A stretch of DNA of 64,000 nucleotides, taken from the NCBI GenBank assembly GCA_051875715.1, contig JBJEHD010000077.1, positions 8,827-72,826 of the forward strand. Reading direction: 5' to 3'. The translations under genes and the position numbers were made by a program. Positions 17,612 through 25,525 of the stretch are shown here, piece after piece. The DNA is from Bacteroidaceae bacterium. Lineage in GTDB: Bacteria; Bacteroidota; Bacteroidia; Bacteroidales; Bacteroidaceae. Position 1 is the stretch's first letter; every line of letters begins with the position of its first letter. Below the pieces are notes generated by a model. That model searched no databases. It was not told the origin of the DNA and was given only the letters and a program-made list of their open reading frames with translations.

Positions 17612-19519
17612 ATGAAAAAACTAACTTTTGTCTTAATGAGTACGGTCCTCAGCCTTGCGGCTGCGGCACAGACTTCCACGTATGTGGTGGATGGGTCTAA
17701 TACGCCAATTAACTTTGGAAATAATGCATCGGAAAAATCGGGTGATGTGAGTTATAATGGTACTAAGTTGGAATTGCCTTATGGAACTTGGGCTTGGACG
17801 GAAAAGGAAGGATATGCAGTTGTTCCTTTTACAGGAAAACCCGGCATACTAAATTATAAGGCAGCTGTCAACTCGAATCTTCAAACACGTAAGTACTATA
17901 TATATGGAGCCACACAAAGTGGTGAATGGACGCTTCTAAAAGAATCAGGAGAGGGAACCTTTCAAGTGCTAATGTCGAAGAACTATTCTCGTATAAAGAT
18001 ACATATGTATAAAAAAGGTAATGCGTTGAATTGCAGAGTTGAGAATGTGTTTATTACCAAGCCTCTCATCCTCACTCCCTCCAGCACCGTTCTCCCCATG
18101 CCCGTCATCGACGGAGACTATGCCGACCTCTGCACACTGGCCTATTCCGGCTTGAGTGCCGATCTGCAGGTGACGACGCCGGATGGAAATCTGAGTCTGG
18201 ATGGTACTGACGGAACTATTGCAGGCTCCAGTGTTTCCAGTTCGCTGGGCTTTGGCAATGGATTCGCTTTGGTGGGCTCTGCTTCTTCCCAGTCCTCTAT
18301 TTTGGAAAGAACCGCCACCGTCCGCGTCAAACTGCCCGGCATCCCCGCCACGTACATCACCGACGGCGACGAGTTCGACGACAGCCTGATGCCGACGCTG
18401 ACCTATACGGGAAACATCTATTTTGCCGACCCGTCCGTCAGCGACTGCTACGAGACGCTGACCACCTTCCAGTACCAGCCCCGGATGCCGAAGGAGGCCG
18501 CCAACTGGGCCGGCCTGCTGGCCCATAAGACCCGCGTGGTGCTGAACTATCCCGATGCCACCTACGCCACCAACGGTGCACTGAAACTGGCCTTGGCCGG
18601 CAACAAGCGCATCCATACCCTCCGCGTGCCCAACATGCAGAACGTCAACTTCGACACGCTCGACCTCGACATCAACCCCAACTGCATCATCTACGCCGGT
18701 GCGGGCTGCTCGGGAAAGAACGTGGTGGTGGACGGCACGGCGACCGCGTTCTTGCTGACCGACTATAACATGGGCACGAACGTAGAAGAAGCCAGAAACT
18801 ATCCCTTCGTGGTGGAAGAAGCCTTTACGGCCACGCTGGCTCGCTATTCCCGTAAGTGCTATGTGGACGGCGGCTACGAGACCATCATCCTTCCGTTTGC
18901 TCCCACGCGCGTCTACTACCTGACGGAAAGCGAAAACTATAAGGGCTACAAGTTGCAGCAGTTCGCACAAAGCGCGACCGACGAGGTCGTCTTCAACGAT
19001 GCTACGTGGCAGGCCAATACGCCCTACATGATTCGTCCGACCGCTTCGGGCACGCCGAATCAGCAGCACGAATTCCGATTCATTGGCGAGAACGTGCGCG
19101 TGGAGGCGGTGGGTGCCTCCGCGTTGTTCGGCACGGACTTCGTGGGCGGATACAACCTGAGCGAGGCCACCGGCCAGTATTTCCTGAACTCTACGGGTGA
19201 GTATTTCGTGCAATCGAACAAGACAAAGGCCTGGAACACGCCTTTCCGTTGCTACCTGACGTCGGACAGCGGACTCAGCCAGATGCGTGTCCGGGTGGAA
19301 CAGCCCACGGACATCCGTCCGGGCGAGGTGGCCGCGTCCGTGATTCGGGGCGGCAAGGGCAGCATCGAATGCGAGGCCACGGAGGCCGTCGTGCTGCGCG
19401 TGACCGACCTCTCGGGTCGCTTGGTGCGCGAGGCGCGGACCGAAGCCGGACGCACCAGCCTGACGGGCTTCCTCCCCGGCTTCTACCTCGTGAATGGACA
19501 GAAAGTAATCGTACGATGA
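17612..19519 (+). CDS. Secreted protein with a T9SS C-terminal sorting domain; function unknown
   Basis: 635 aa. Signal peptide MKKLTFVLMSTVLSLAAAAQ. The C-terminal ~70 aa (VLRVTDLSGRLVREARTEAGRTSLTGFLPGFYLVNGQKVIVR) fit the type A T9SS CTD pattern. Confidence 0.75.
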   Translation: MKKLTFVLMSTVLSLAAAAQTSTYVVDGSNTPINFGNNASEKSGDVSYNGTKLELPYGTWAWTEKEGYAVVPFTGKPGILNYKAAVNSNLQTRKYYIYGATQSGEWTLLKESGEGTFQVLMSKNYSRIKIHMYKKGNALNCRVENVFITKPLILTPSSTVLPMPVIDGDYADLCTLAYSGLSADLQVTTPDGNLSLDGTDGTIAGSSVSSSLGFGNGFALVGSASSQSSILERTATVRVKLPGIPATYITDGDEFDDSLMPTLTYTGNIYFADPSVSDCYETLTTFQYQPRMPKEAANWAGLLAHKTRVVLNYPDATYATNGALKLALAGNKRIHTLRVPNMQNVNFDTLDLDINPNCIIYAGAGCSGKNVVVDGTATAFLLTDYNMGTNVEEARNYPFVVEEAFTATLARYSRKCYVDGGYETIILPFAPTRVYYLTESENYKGYKLQQFAQSATDEVVFNDATWQANTPYMIRPTASGTPNQQHEFRFIGENVRVEAVGASALFGTDFVGGYNLSEATGQYFLNSTGEYFVQSNKTKAWNTPFRCYLTSDSGLSQMRVRVEQPTDIRPGEVAASVIRGGKGSIECEATEAVVLRVTDLSGRLVREARTEAGRTSLTGFLPGFYLVNGQKVIVR

Positions 19520-19728
19520 TGAATCAACTTAATAACCAGCAAACAATGGAAAAGAAAACATACGAAAAGCCTCGCATCGAGGTACTGGAGTTCATCTCCG
19601 AAGGTGTCATGGCCGGAACCATCGTCCCGATTCCGCCCATCACGGAGATTCCCGGGGAGGAGCAGGAACCGGAGTTCAATCCCCGTGCGCCGCGCCGCAA
19701 TCCGCGCGACTTCTGGACCGGACGCTGA
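19516..19728 (+). CDS. Small ORF (70 aa; 60 aa if started at the ATG at 19546), translationally coupled to the T9SS cargo gene
   Basis: ATGA overlap with the upstream stop (19516-19519). The product is MMNQLNNQQTMEKKTYEKPRIEVLEFISEGVMAGTIVPIPPITEIPGEEQEPEFNPRAPRRNPRDFWTGR. No family was recognised with certainty. Confidence 0.4.
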   Translation: MMNQLNNQQTMEKKTYEKPRIEVLEFISEGVMAGTIVPIPPITEIPGEEQEPEFNPRAPRRNPRDFWTGR

Positions 19729-19760
19729 CGCGCCGTCCCTCACTTTTTCCAACCCGGCCT

Positions 19761-19815
19761 CCGTGCCCCATGCTTCTCCTTCCCGGGCGAAGCATCGGTC
19801 ACGGGGGCTTTCTTA
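19761..19815 (+). terminator. Compound hairpin after the 19516 ORF
   Basis: The outer arms ccgtg/cacgg (19761-65 / 19800-04) enclose atgcttc/gaagcat (19770-76 / 19789-95). It is followed by gggctttcttatg. Confidence 0.45.
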
Positions 19816-19820
19816 TGTCT

Positions 19821-19908
19821 GTTTAAACGCCGTTTAAACGTCGTTGCAACGTCGTTGCAATGCTGTTGCAATGCTGTTGCAATGCTGTTGCAATGGCGTT
19901 GCAACACT
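19821..19908. repeat. Tandem array of 8 x 11 bp, each unit carrying an 8-bp palindrome (GTTTAAAC x2, GTTGCAAC/GTTGCAAT x6)
   Basis: The units start at 19821, 19832, 19843, 19854, 19865, 19876, 19887 and 19898. Three consecutive units are identical (gttgcaatgct). Confidence 0.95.
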
Positions 19909-20232
19909 GCATGGCACTCGATTCTTTTTTCGACCACCCCAATACCCCGCCTGCCAGGCGGGGCTTGCCTCCCCAAACCCCTCCGTGGAGGGGCTTAAAT
20001 GAGGCCGATGGCCTCATAGTCTAAGGTAAGGCCAACCGAGCCTGTGCCCCTTCGGGGTTGGTCTTGGTTTCTTACGGGAGGGAACGGCCTCCCGGTTGTT
20101 TGTCCGCATCTGGCGATGCGGGGTGTCCTCGAGGTTTCTGAAACCTTAGGTGCAAAAACGAAGCAGCCCCGACGGCTCATGGCGCAACAACGCTCATGCC
20201 CCGTCGAGGCTGCTTGTAGAGGCCGGTTCAAA
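19909..20232. other. Hairpin-dense GC-rich non-coding segment (candidate structured RNA or stacked terminators)
   Basis: At least seven distinct short GC stems are present: ccccgcc/ggcgggg, cccctcc/ggagggg, gaggcc/ggcctc, ccaacc..cccc/gggg..ggttgg, gggagg/cctccc, ccgcatc/gatgcgg and gcagcc.cgacgg/ccgtcg.ggctgc. There is no credible ORF. Confidence 0.3.
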
Positions 20233-20315
20233 CGCGTGTACACGTGAAGGCAAACGCGTGTACACGCGAAGTCACATGCGTGTACACGCGAAGGCCGATG
20301 CGTGTACAGACGTAT
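20233..20315. repeat. Tandem array of 4 x 22 bp with core palindrome GTGTACAC (extended CGCGTGTACACGCG)
   Basis: The cores lie at 20236-43, 20258-65, 20280-87 and 20302-09 (the last is degenerate, GTGTACAG). Spacing is exactly 22 bp. The array abuts the stop codon of the FKBP gene at 20317. Confidence 0.95.
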
Positions 20316-20316
20316 T

Positions 20317-20892
20317 TTATTCGCAGTCGCCGCATCCGCCGCCGCAACTGCCACCGCAGTCGCCGCCGCAGCTGCCGCATCCACCGCCGCATCCGCCGCT
20401 CATGGCCTTCACCATGTCTTCAATCTCTTTGTTCGTGGCCGGACGTACGTCCACCACTGTGCCGGAGAAGTGGAGGTCCTTGCCGGCGTAGGGATGGTTG
20501 AGGTCGATGGTCACCGTGTCCGGCGTCAGTTTGCTGATGAGGCCGTTGTGGCGGTGTCCCTCGCTGTCGAACAAGGGGATGACGGCGCCTTCGTAGACGT
20601 AGCGTTCGTCGTTGGCGTCGTCGCCGAAGAACTCTTTGCGGTTCAGTTCGTGTACACCCTCGGGGAAATAGTCGCCGTAGGCGTCGTCGCAGGGGATGAC
20701 GAACTCGAAGCGGTCGCCCTTGTTGCGCGACACCAGTTCCTGCTCGAAGCGGGGCAAGGTGAATTCCAGTCCCGAGATGAAGGCGAAAGGATGTTCTTCG
20801 GTGGTTTCTTCTCGTAAAATCAGTTCACCGTTTTCTGCTTTCGTGTGCAGTTGGTAAGCCACGGTGATGTACAGGTTAGTGCTGTTTTCCAT
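20317..20892 (-). CDS. slyD: SlyD-like FKBP-type peptidyl-prolyl isomerase with a Cys/Gly-rich C-terminal tail
   Basis: 191 aa. FKBP fold with an insert-in-flap region (DLNHPYAGKDLHFSGTVVDVR) and the tail SGGCGGGCGSCGGDCGGSCGGGCGDCE. Confidence 0.85.
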   Translation of the reverse strand: MENSTNLYITVAYQLHTKAENGELILREETTEEHPFAFISGLEFTLPRFEQELVSRNKGDRFEFVIPCDDAYGDYFPEGVHELNRKEFFGDDANDERYVYEGAVIPLFDSEGHRHNGLISKLTPDTVTIDLNHPYAGKDLHFSGTVVDVRPATNKEIEDMVKAMSGGCGGGCGSCGGDCGGSCGGGCGDCE

Positions 20893-20907
20893 TTCTTAAA
20901 GTGGTTT

Positions 20908-23226
20908 TTATGAATTCTTTGTTTGATTTTCTTGCAGTTTGCGGTGCATCTCGGCCGCTGCGCGTCGTCCGTCGCCCATGGCCAGGATGACGGTGGCCCC
21001 TCCGCGCACGATGTCGCCTCCGGCAAAGAGCATCGGGATGGACGACTCCATGCGTTCGTCGACGGCGATGGTGCCTTTCCGGCCCAGTTCCAGGCCGGGG
21101 ATGGAGTGGGGGACAATCGGGTTGGGCGACACGCCTACGCTGACGATGGCCATATCGATGTCGAGCGTCTCGGTGGCTCCGGGGATGGGCACGGGGCTGC
21201 GTCGGCCCGAAGCGTCAGGCTCGCCCAGTTCCATCTTCTGCAACACCACCTGCTTGACGCGGCCCTGTTCGTCGGCCCGGTACTCGATGGGGTTGTGCAG
21301 CGTGAGGAACTCCACGCCCTCCTCCTTGGCATGTTTCACCTCCTCGAGTCGGGCCGGCATTTCTTCTTCCGAACGGCGGTAGATGATCATGGCCCGTTCG
21401 GCGCCGAGGCGGCGTGCCGTGCGGACGGAGTCCATGGCCGTGTTTCCGCCACCGATGACGGCCACGCGTTTGCCCAGGGTGACGGGCGTGTCGGAGTCTT
21501 CGCTGGCCGCATCCATCAGGTTGACGCGGGTGAGGTATTCGTTGGACGAGAGGATGTTGATGGAGTTCTCGCCCGGGATGCCCATGAAGTTGGGCAGTCC
21601 GGCTCCCGAGGCCACGAAGATGCCTTGGTAGCCCTCTTCGCGCAGTTGGTCCACGCTGATGGTCTTGCCCACGATGCAGTCTTTTTGGAAGTCGACGCCC
21701 ATGCGGGCCAGGTTCTCAATCTCCACGTCGACGATGCGGTTGGGGAGGCGGAACTCGGGGATGCCGTACTTCAGCACGCCGCCGATTTCGTGCAACGCTT
21801 CGAACACCGTCACCTCGTAGCCCCGCTTGGCCATGTCGCCGGCAAAGGAGAGTCCGGCCGGTCCGGAACCGATGACGGCCACGTGGATGCCGTTCTTCGG
21901 AGCCGTCTCGGGCAGCGAGATCTGTCCGCTTTCGCGTTCGTAGTCGGCTGCGAAGCGTTCGAGGTAGCCGATGGCCACGGCGGGCTTGCCCATCTTCAGG
22001 TGGATGCACTTCGACTCGCATTGCTTCTCTTGCGGGCAGACACGTCCGCACACGGCCGGCAGGGCGCTGGTTTGCTTCAGCACCTGGGCGGCACGCAGGA
22101 ATTCGCCGCGCTCGATGTTCTTCACGAAGGCCGGGATGTTGATGCCCACGGGGCAGCCGGTCATGCAGCCCGGATTGGCGCAGTCGAGGCATCGCTGGGC
22201 CTCGGTGAGGGCCTGCTCCTCGTTCAGGCCGAGGTTGACCTCCTCCTTGCGGCTGTGCGAACGGTACTCGGGGTCGAGTTCGTTCATCTTCACACGGGGA
22301 ATGTCGGCCCGTTCCTTGGCCTTCAGACGCTTGCGCAGTTCTTCGCGCCAGGGGGCGTTGCGGTCGTCCTCATCGGCCGGCTGCGCCTTTTCGGCTTCGC
22401 AGGCCTGGGGATGGTCCAGTTTGTGCATCTCTTCGCGTTCGATGTTCTTGAAGGCGCCCATGCGCTTCAGCATCTCGTCGAAGTCCACCTGATGGGCGTC
22501 GAACTCCGGCCCGTCCACGCAGACGAACTTGGTCTTTCCGCCCACGGTGATGCGGCAGGCACCGCACATGCCCGTGCCGTCCACCATGATGGTGTTGAGC
22601 GACACGTCGGTGGAGATGCCGTATTTCTTGGTCAGCAACGACACGAACTTCATCATGATGGCCGGACCGATGCAGAAGCATTTGTCCACCTTCTCGCGCT
22701 GGATGACCGCTTCCACGCCTTCCGTCACGAGGCCCTTTCGGCCGTACGAACCATCGTCGGTCATGATGATGACCTCGTCCGAACTTTCGCGCATCTCCTT
22801 CTCGAGGATGATGAGTTCCTTGGTCCGTCCGGCCAGGACGGTGATGACGCGGTTCCCGGCCGCCTTGAGGGCCTGCACGATGGGAAGCATCGGGGCTACG
22901 CCCACGCCTCCTCCGGCGCACACCACGGTGCCGAACCGTTCGATGTGGGTGGCTTGGCCCAGCGGGCCGACCACGTCGGTGATGTAGTCGCCCACCTCCA
23001 GTTGGCACAGTTTGGTGGACGAAAGGCCCACTTCCTGCACCACCAAGGTGATGGTGCCCTTCGTCGTGTCGGCCTTGGCGATGGTCAGCGGCATGCGTTC
23101 GCCCTTTTCGCCCACGCGGACGATGACGAAGTGTCCGGCCTTGCGGGCCTTGGCGATGAGAGGCGCTTCTATTTCCAGTTTGAACACCTTCTCGGAGAAG
23201 TGTTCCTTCGCTACGATTCTGTTCAT
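20908..23226 (-). CDS. Fused NfnA/PyrK-like ferredoxin-NADP reductase and GltD/NfnB-like NADPH-dependent oxidoreductase
   Basis: 772 aa. The N-terminal ~280 aa have an FAD/NAD-binding fold plus the 2Fe-2S Cys cluster (GMCGACRITVGGKTKFVCVDGPEF). The C-terminal ~470 aa have 4Fe-4S Cys motifs (CLDCANPGCMTGCP, CGRVCPQEKQCESKC) and two Rossmann motifs (VAVIGSGPAG, VAVIGGGNTAMD). Confidence 0.85.
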   Translation of the reverse strand: MNRIVAKEHFSEKVFKLEIEAPLIAKARKAGHFVIVRVGEKGERMPLTIAKADTTKGTITLVVQEVGLSSTKLCQLEVGDYITDVVGPLGQATHIERFGTVVCAGGGVGVAPMLPIVQALKAAGNRVITVLAGRTKELIILEKEMRESSDEVIIMTDDGSYGRKGLVTEGVEAVIQREKVDKCFCIGPAIMMKFVSLLTKKYGISTDVSLNTIMVDGTGMCGACRITVGGKTKFVCVDGPEFDAHQVDFDEMLKRMGAFKNIEREEMHKLDHPQACEAEKAQPADEDDRNAPWREELRKRLKAKERADIPRVKMNELDPEYRSHSRKEEVNLGLNEEQALTEAQRCLDCANPGCMTGCPVGINIPAFVKNIERGEFLRAAQVLKQTSALPAVCGRVCPQEKQCESKCIHLKMGKPAVAIGYLERFAADYERESGQISLPETAPKNGIHVAVIGSGPAGLSFAGDMAKRGYEVTVFEALHEIGGVLKYGIPEFRLPNRIVDVEIENLARMGVDFQKDCIVGKTISVDQLREEGYQGIFVASGAGLPNFMGIPGENSINILSSNEYLTRVNLMDAASEDSDTPVTLGKRVAVIGGGNTAMDSVRTARRLGAERAMIIYRRSEEEMPARLEEVKHAKEEGVEFLTLHNPIEYRADEQGRVKQVVLQKMELGEPDASGRRSPVPIPGATETLDIDMAIVSVGVSPNPIVPHSIPGLELGRKGTIAVDERMESSIPMLFAGGDIVRGGATVILAMGDGRRAAAEMHRKLQENQTKNS

Positions 23227-23265
23227 GTCAGGTTGTCGATAAGGGTTGATAAATAGGCCGTAGGC

Positions 23266-24540
23266 TTAGTCGATGAGGTCGAATCCGCAATAGGGTACCA
23301 AGGCCTTGGGGATGCGGATGCCTTCGGGCGTCTGGTTGTTCTCCAAGAGGGCGGCTACGATGCGCGGCAGGGCCAGAGCGGAACCGTTGAGCGTATGGCA
23401 CAACTCGATTTTCTTGTCGGCGTTGCGGTAGCGGCATTTCAAGCGGTTGGCCTGATAGGTGTCGAAGTTGGACACCGAGCTGACCTCGAGCCAGCGTTTC
23501 TGTGCTTCGGAGTAGACTTCGAAGTCGAAGCAGAGGGCGGCCGTGAAACTCATGTCGCCGCCGCAGAGGCGCAGGATGCGATAGGGCAGTTCCAGTTTCT
23601 GGAGCAGGCCCTCGACGTGGTCGAGCATCTCCTGGTGCGACTGCTTGGAGTGTTCCGGCTTGTCGATGCGCACCAGCTCGACTTTCGAGAACTCGTGCAG
23701 GCGGTTGAGTCCGCGCACGTCCTTGCCATACGAACCTGCTTCGCGGCGGAAGCATTGCGTGTAGGCGCAGTTCATGATGGGGAGTTGTTTCTCGTCGAGG
23801 ATGACGTCGCGGTAGATGTTCGTCACGGGCACCTCGGCCGTGGGGATGAGGTAGAGGTCGTCCACCTCGCAGTGGTACATCTGGCCTTCCTTGTCGGGCA
23901 ACTGTCCGGTGCCGTAGCCCGAAGCGGCGTTGACCACCGTCGGCGGCATGATCTCGGTGTAGCCGGCCTTGCGGGCCTCGTCGAGGAAGAAGTTGATGAG
24001 GGCGCGTTGCAGTTGCGCGCCTTTGCCTTTATAAACGGGGAATCCCGCGCCGGTGATTTTCACGCCCAGGTCGAAGTCGATGAGGTCGTATTTCTTGGCC
24101 AGTTCCCAGTGGGGTAGGGCGTTCTCGGGCAACGGCTTTTCCATGCCGCCCATCTTCTCCACCACGTTGTCTTCGGCACCTGTACCTTCGGGCACGCTGT
24201 CGTAGGGGATGTTGGGGATGGTGTAGAGCAGTTCCTGCAGGTCGGCGGCCGCCTGGTCCATCTGGGCCTGCAGCGCCTTGTTGCTCTCTTTCATTTCGCT
24301 CACTTTGGCGCGAGCGGCCTCGGCCTCTTCTTTCTTGCCTTCCTTCATCAGTTGTCCGATGGACTTGGAGGTGGCGTTCACTTCGGCCAGATTCTTATCC
24401 AGTTGGTTTTGGGCGTTTCTTCTTTTCTTGTCCAGCTCCAGCGCCCTTTCAATGGCTTCGTGAGCATTTTTGAAGTGCTTCTTTTCTAAACCGCGGATGA
24501 CTTCGTCCGTGTGGTCTGCGATAAACTTGATAGTAAGCAT
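23266..24540 (-). CDS. serS: Seryl-tRNA synthetase
   Basis: 424 aa. It has an N-terminal coiled-coil arm and a class II core (FRREAGSYGKDVRGLNRLHEF, GSALALPRIVAALLENNQ). Confidence 0.95.
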   Translation of the reverse strand: MLTIKFIADHTDEVIRGLEKKHFKNAHEAIERALELDKKRRNAQNQLDKNLAEVNATSKSIGQLMKEGKKEEAEAARAKVSEMKESNKALQAQMDQAAADLQELLYTIPNIPYDSVPEGTGAEDNVVEKMGGMEKPLPENALPHWELAKKYDLIDFDLGVKITGAGFPVYKGKGAQLQRALINFFLDEARKAGYTEIMPPTVVNAASGYGTGQLPDKEGQMYHCEVDDLYLIPTAEVPVTNIYRDVILDEKQLPIMNCAYTQCFRREAGSYGKDVRGLNRLHEFSKVELVRIDKPEHSKQSHQEMLDHVEGLLQKLELPYRILRLCGGDMSFTAALCFDFEVYSEAQKRWLEVSSVSNFDTYQANRLKCRYRNADKKIELCHTLNGSALALPRIVAALLENNQTPEGIRIPKALVPYCGFDLID

Positions 24541-24577
24541 GGTTCACCAAATATTTATAAGTTCTTGTTTTGGAGTG

Positions 24578-24585
24578 CAAATCTA
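24578..24585 (-). promoter_or_regulatory. Bacteroidetes -7 box (TAGATTTG on the minus strand) upstream of serS
   Basis: The plus strand reads CAAATCTA, which matches TAnnTTTG on the coding strand ~38 nt upstream of the serS ATG. Confidence 0.4.
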
Positions 24586-24635
24586 TATAAAATCCTTGAC
24601 TTTTCGCCTCCCTCGGACAAGAACGTTCGTTTTTA

Positions 24636-24688
24636 GGCTAAAAACAAAGCCACCGGGAACCCTTTTCCGCTGGGCTTTCCCGGTGGCT
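24636..24688 (-). terminator. Rho-independent terminator of the kdgK-eda operon
   Basis: 12-bp arms agccaccgggaa (24648-59) and ttcccggtggct (24677-88). On the minus strand it is followed by TTGTTTTTA. Confidence 0.7.
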
Positions 24689-24811
24689 CATCACCTTTAA
24701 AACACCTTTAAACAAAATGATAGAGACGTCTTCGTCCGGTTGCAAAGGCTTCCGGGAGGAAGACGTAGGCGGCCTGCACGAGGCAGGCCGCTTTGGGTTT
24801 GGGGAGGCGGC

Positions 24812-25480
24812 TTACTTGCGTGCTTCGGCTACGTAGGCCAGCGCTTCCTTGCATTTCTCAGTGACGTATGCCCAGTCTTCGGCAGCCACTTTGTCTTTCG
24901 GGAACAGTTTGGAGCCCATGCCCACGCAGAACACACCGGCTTTGATCCACGAAGCGATGTTCTCTTGCGTCGGTTCCACACCACCTGTCACCATCAGTTT
25001 CGACCACGGCATCGGAGCCAGCAGGCCCTTCACCAACTTCGGTCCGAGCACGTCGCCCGGGAAGATTTTGCAGAGGTCGCAACCCATTTCCTGTGCGAAG
25101 CCTACTTCAGACACGCTGCCGCATCCCGGCGTGTAGGCCACCAGACGGCGGTTGCACACCTTGGCGATTTCGGGGTTGAAGAGCGGACCTACCACGAAGT
25201 TGGCACCCAGTTGGATGTAGAGCGAAGCCGTAGCGGGGTCGACGATGGAACCCACGCCCATGGCCATTTCGGGGCATTCCTTGGCTGCATACTTCACTAC
25301 TTCGGCAAACACTTCGTGAGCGAAGTCGCCGCGGTTGGTGAATTCGAAGGCGCGAACACCGCCTTCATAGCAGGCTTTTACTACTTTCTTTGCTACTTCT
25401 GCGTCTTTGTGGTAGAACACAGGCACCATGCCGGTCGAACCGATTTTGTTCAGGACGGCTATTTTATCAAACTTTGCCAT
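24812..25480 (-). CDS. eda: KDPG / 4-hydroxy-2-oxoglutarate aldolase
   Basis: 222 aa. Eda-family pattern ([30 protein letters not shown]), adjacent to kdgK. Confidence 0.9.
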   Translation of the reverse strand: MAKFDKIAVLNKIGSTGMVPVFYHKDAEVAKKVVKACYEGGVRAFEFTNRGDFAHEVFAEVVKYAAKECPEMAMGVGSIVDPATASLYIQLGANFVVGPLFNPEIAKVCNRRLVAYTPGCGSVSEVGFAQEMGCDLCKIFPGDVLGPKLVKGLLAPMPWSKLMVTGGVEPTQENIASWIKAGVFCVGMGSKLFPKDKVAAEDWAYVTEKCKEALAYVAEARK

Positions 25481-25525
25481 TGTCTGTCTTTTAATTCAAT
25501 AAGGATGTTAAACAGGATGTTTGCA

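Noticed and set aside
20145-20175. GAAGCAGCC match to the conserved SRP (4.5S) RNA domain IV
   Set aside because: Only a 9-nt match exists. The partner strand motifs (GGUCCGGAAGG and the symmetric loop) and the closing helix are missing.
19821-20315. Could the repeat arrays be a CRISPR array?
   Set aside because: The periods of 11 and 22 bp leave only 3-14 bp between cores, far too short for repeat-spacer units. The spacers are themselves partly conserved. No cas genes or leader are present.
20923-23256. A 777-aa plus-strand ORF opposite the Nfn-like gene. Similar gene-length antisense ORFs occur at 3032-4825, 8042-9604, 9157-10686, 24740-26530, 27905-29437, 36061-37554, 41769-44165, 44322-45665, 47400-48668, 51814-53361, 53944-56580, 57017-58783 and 60480-61706.
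   Set aside because: The codon-bias artefact is the same as above. In each case the opposite strand carries a gene with clear family motifs. The antisense products are compositionally biased and lack any recognisable domain.
24618-24632. GAACGTTCGT resembles the ARACGTWCGT inverted-repeat motif of Bacteroides invertible promoters
   Set aside because: The match is 9 of 10 positions. The sequence is itself palindromic, and no inverted partner lies within a few hundred bp. It sits inside an ordinary terminator-to-promoter spacer between eda and serS.
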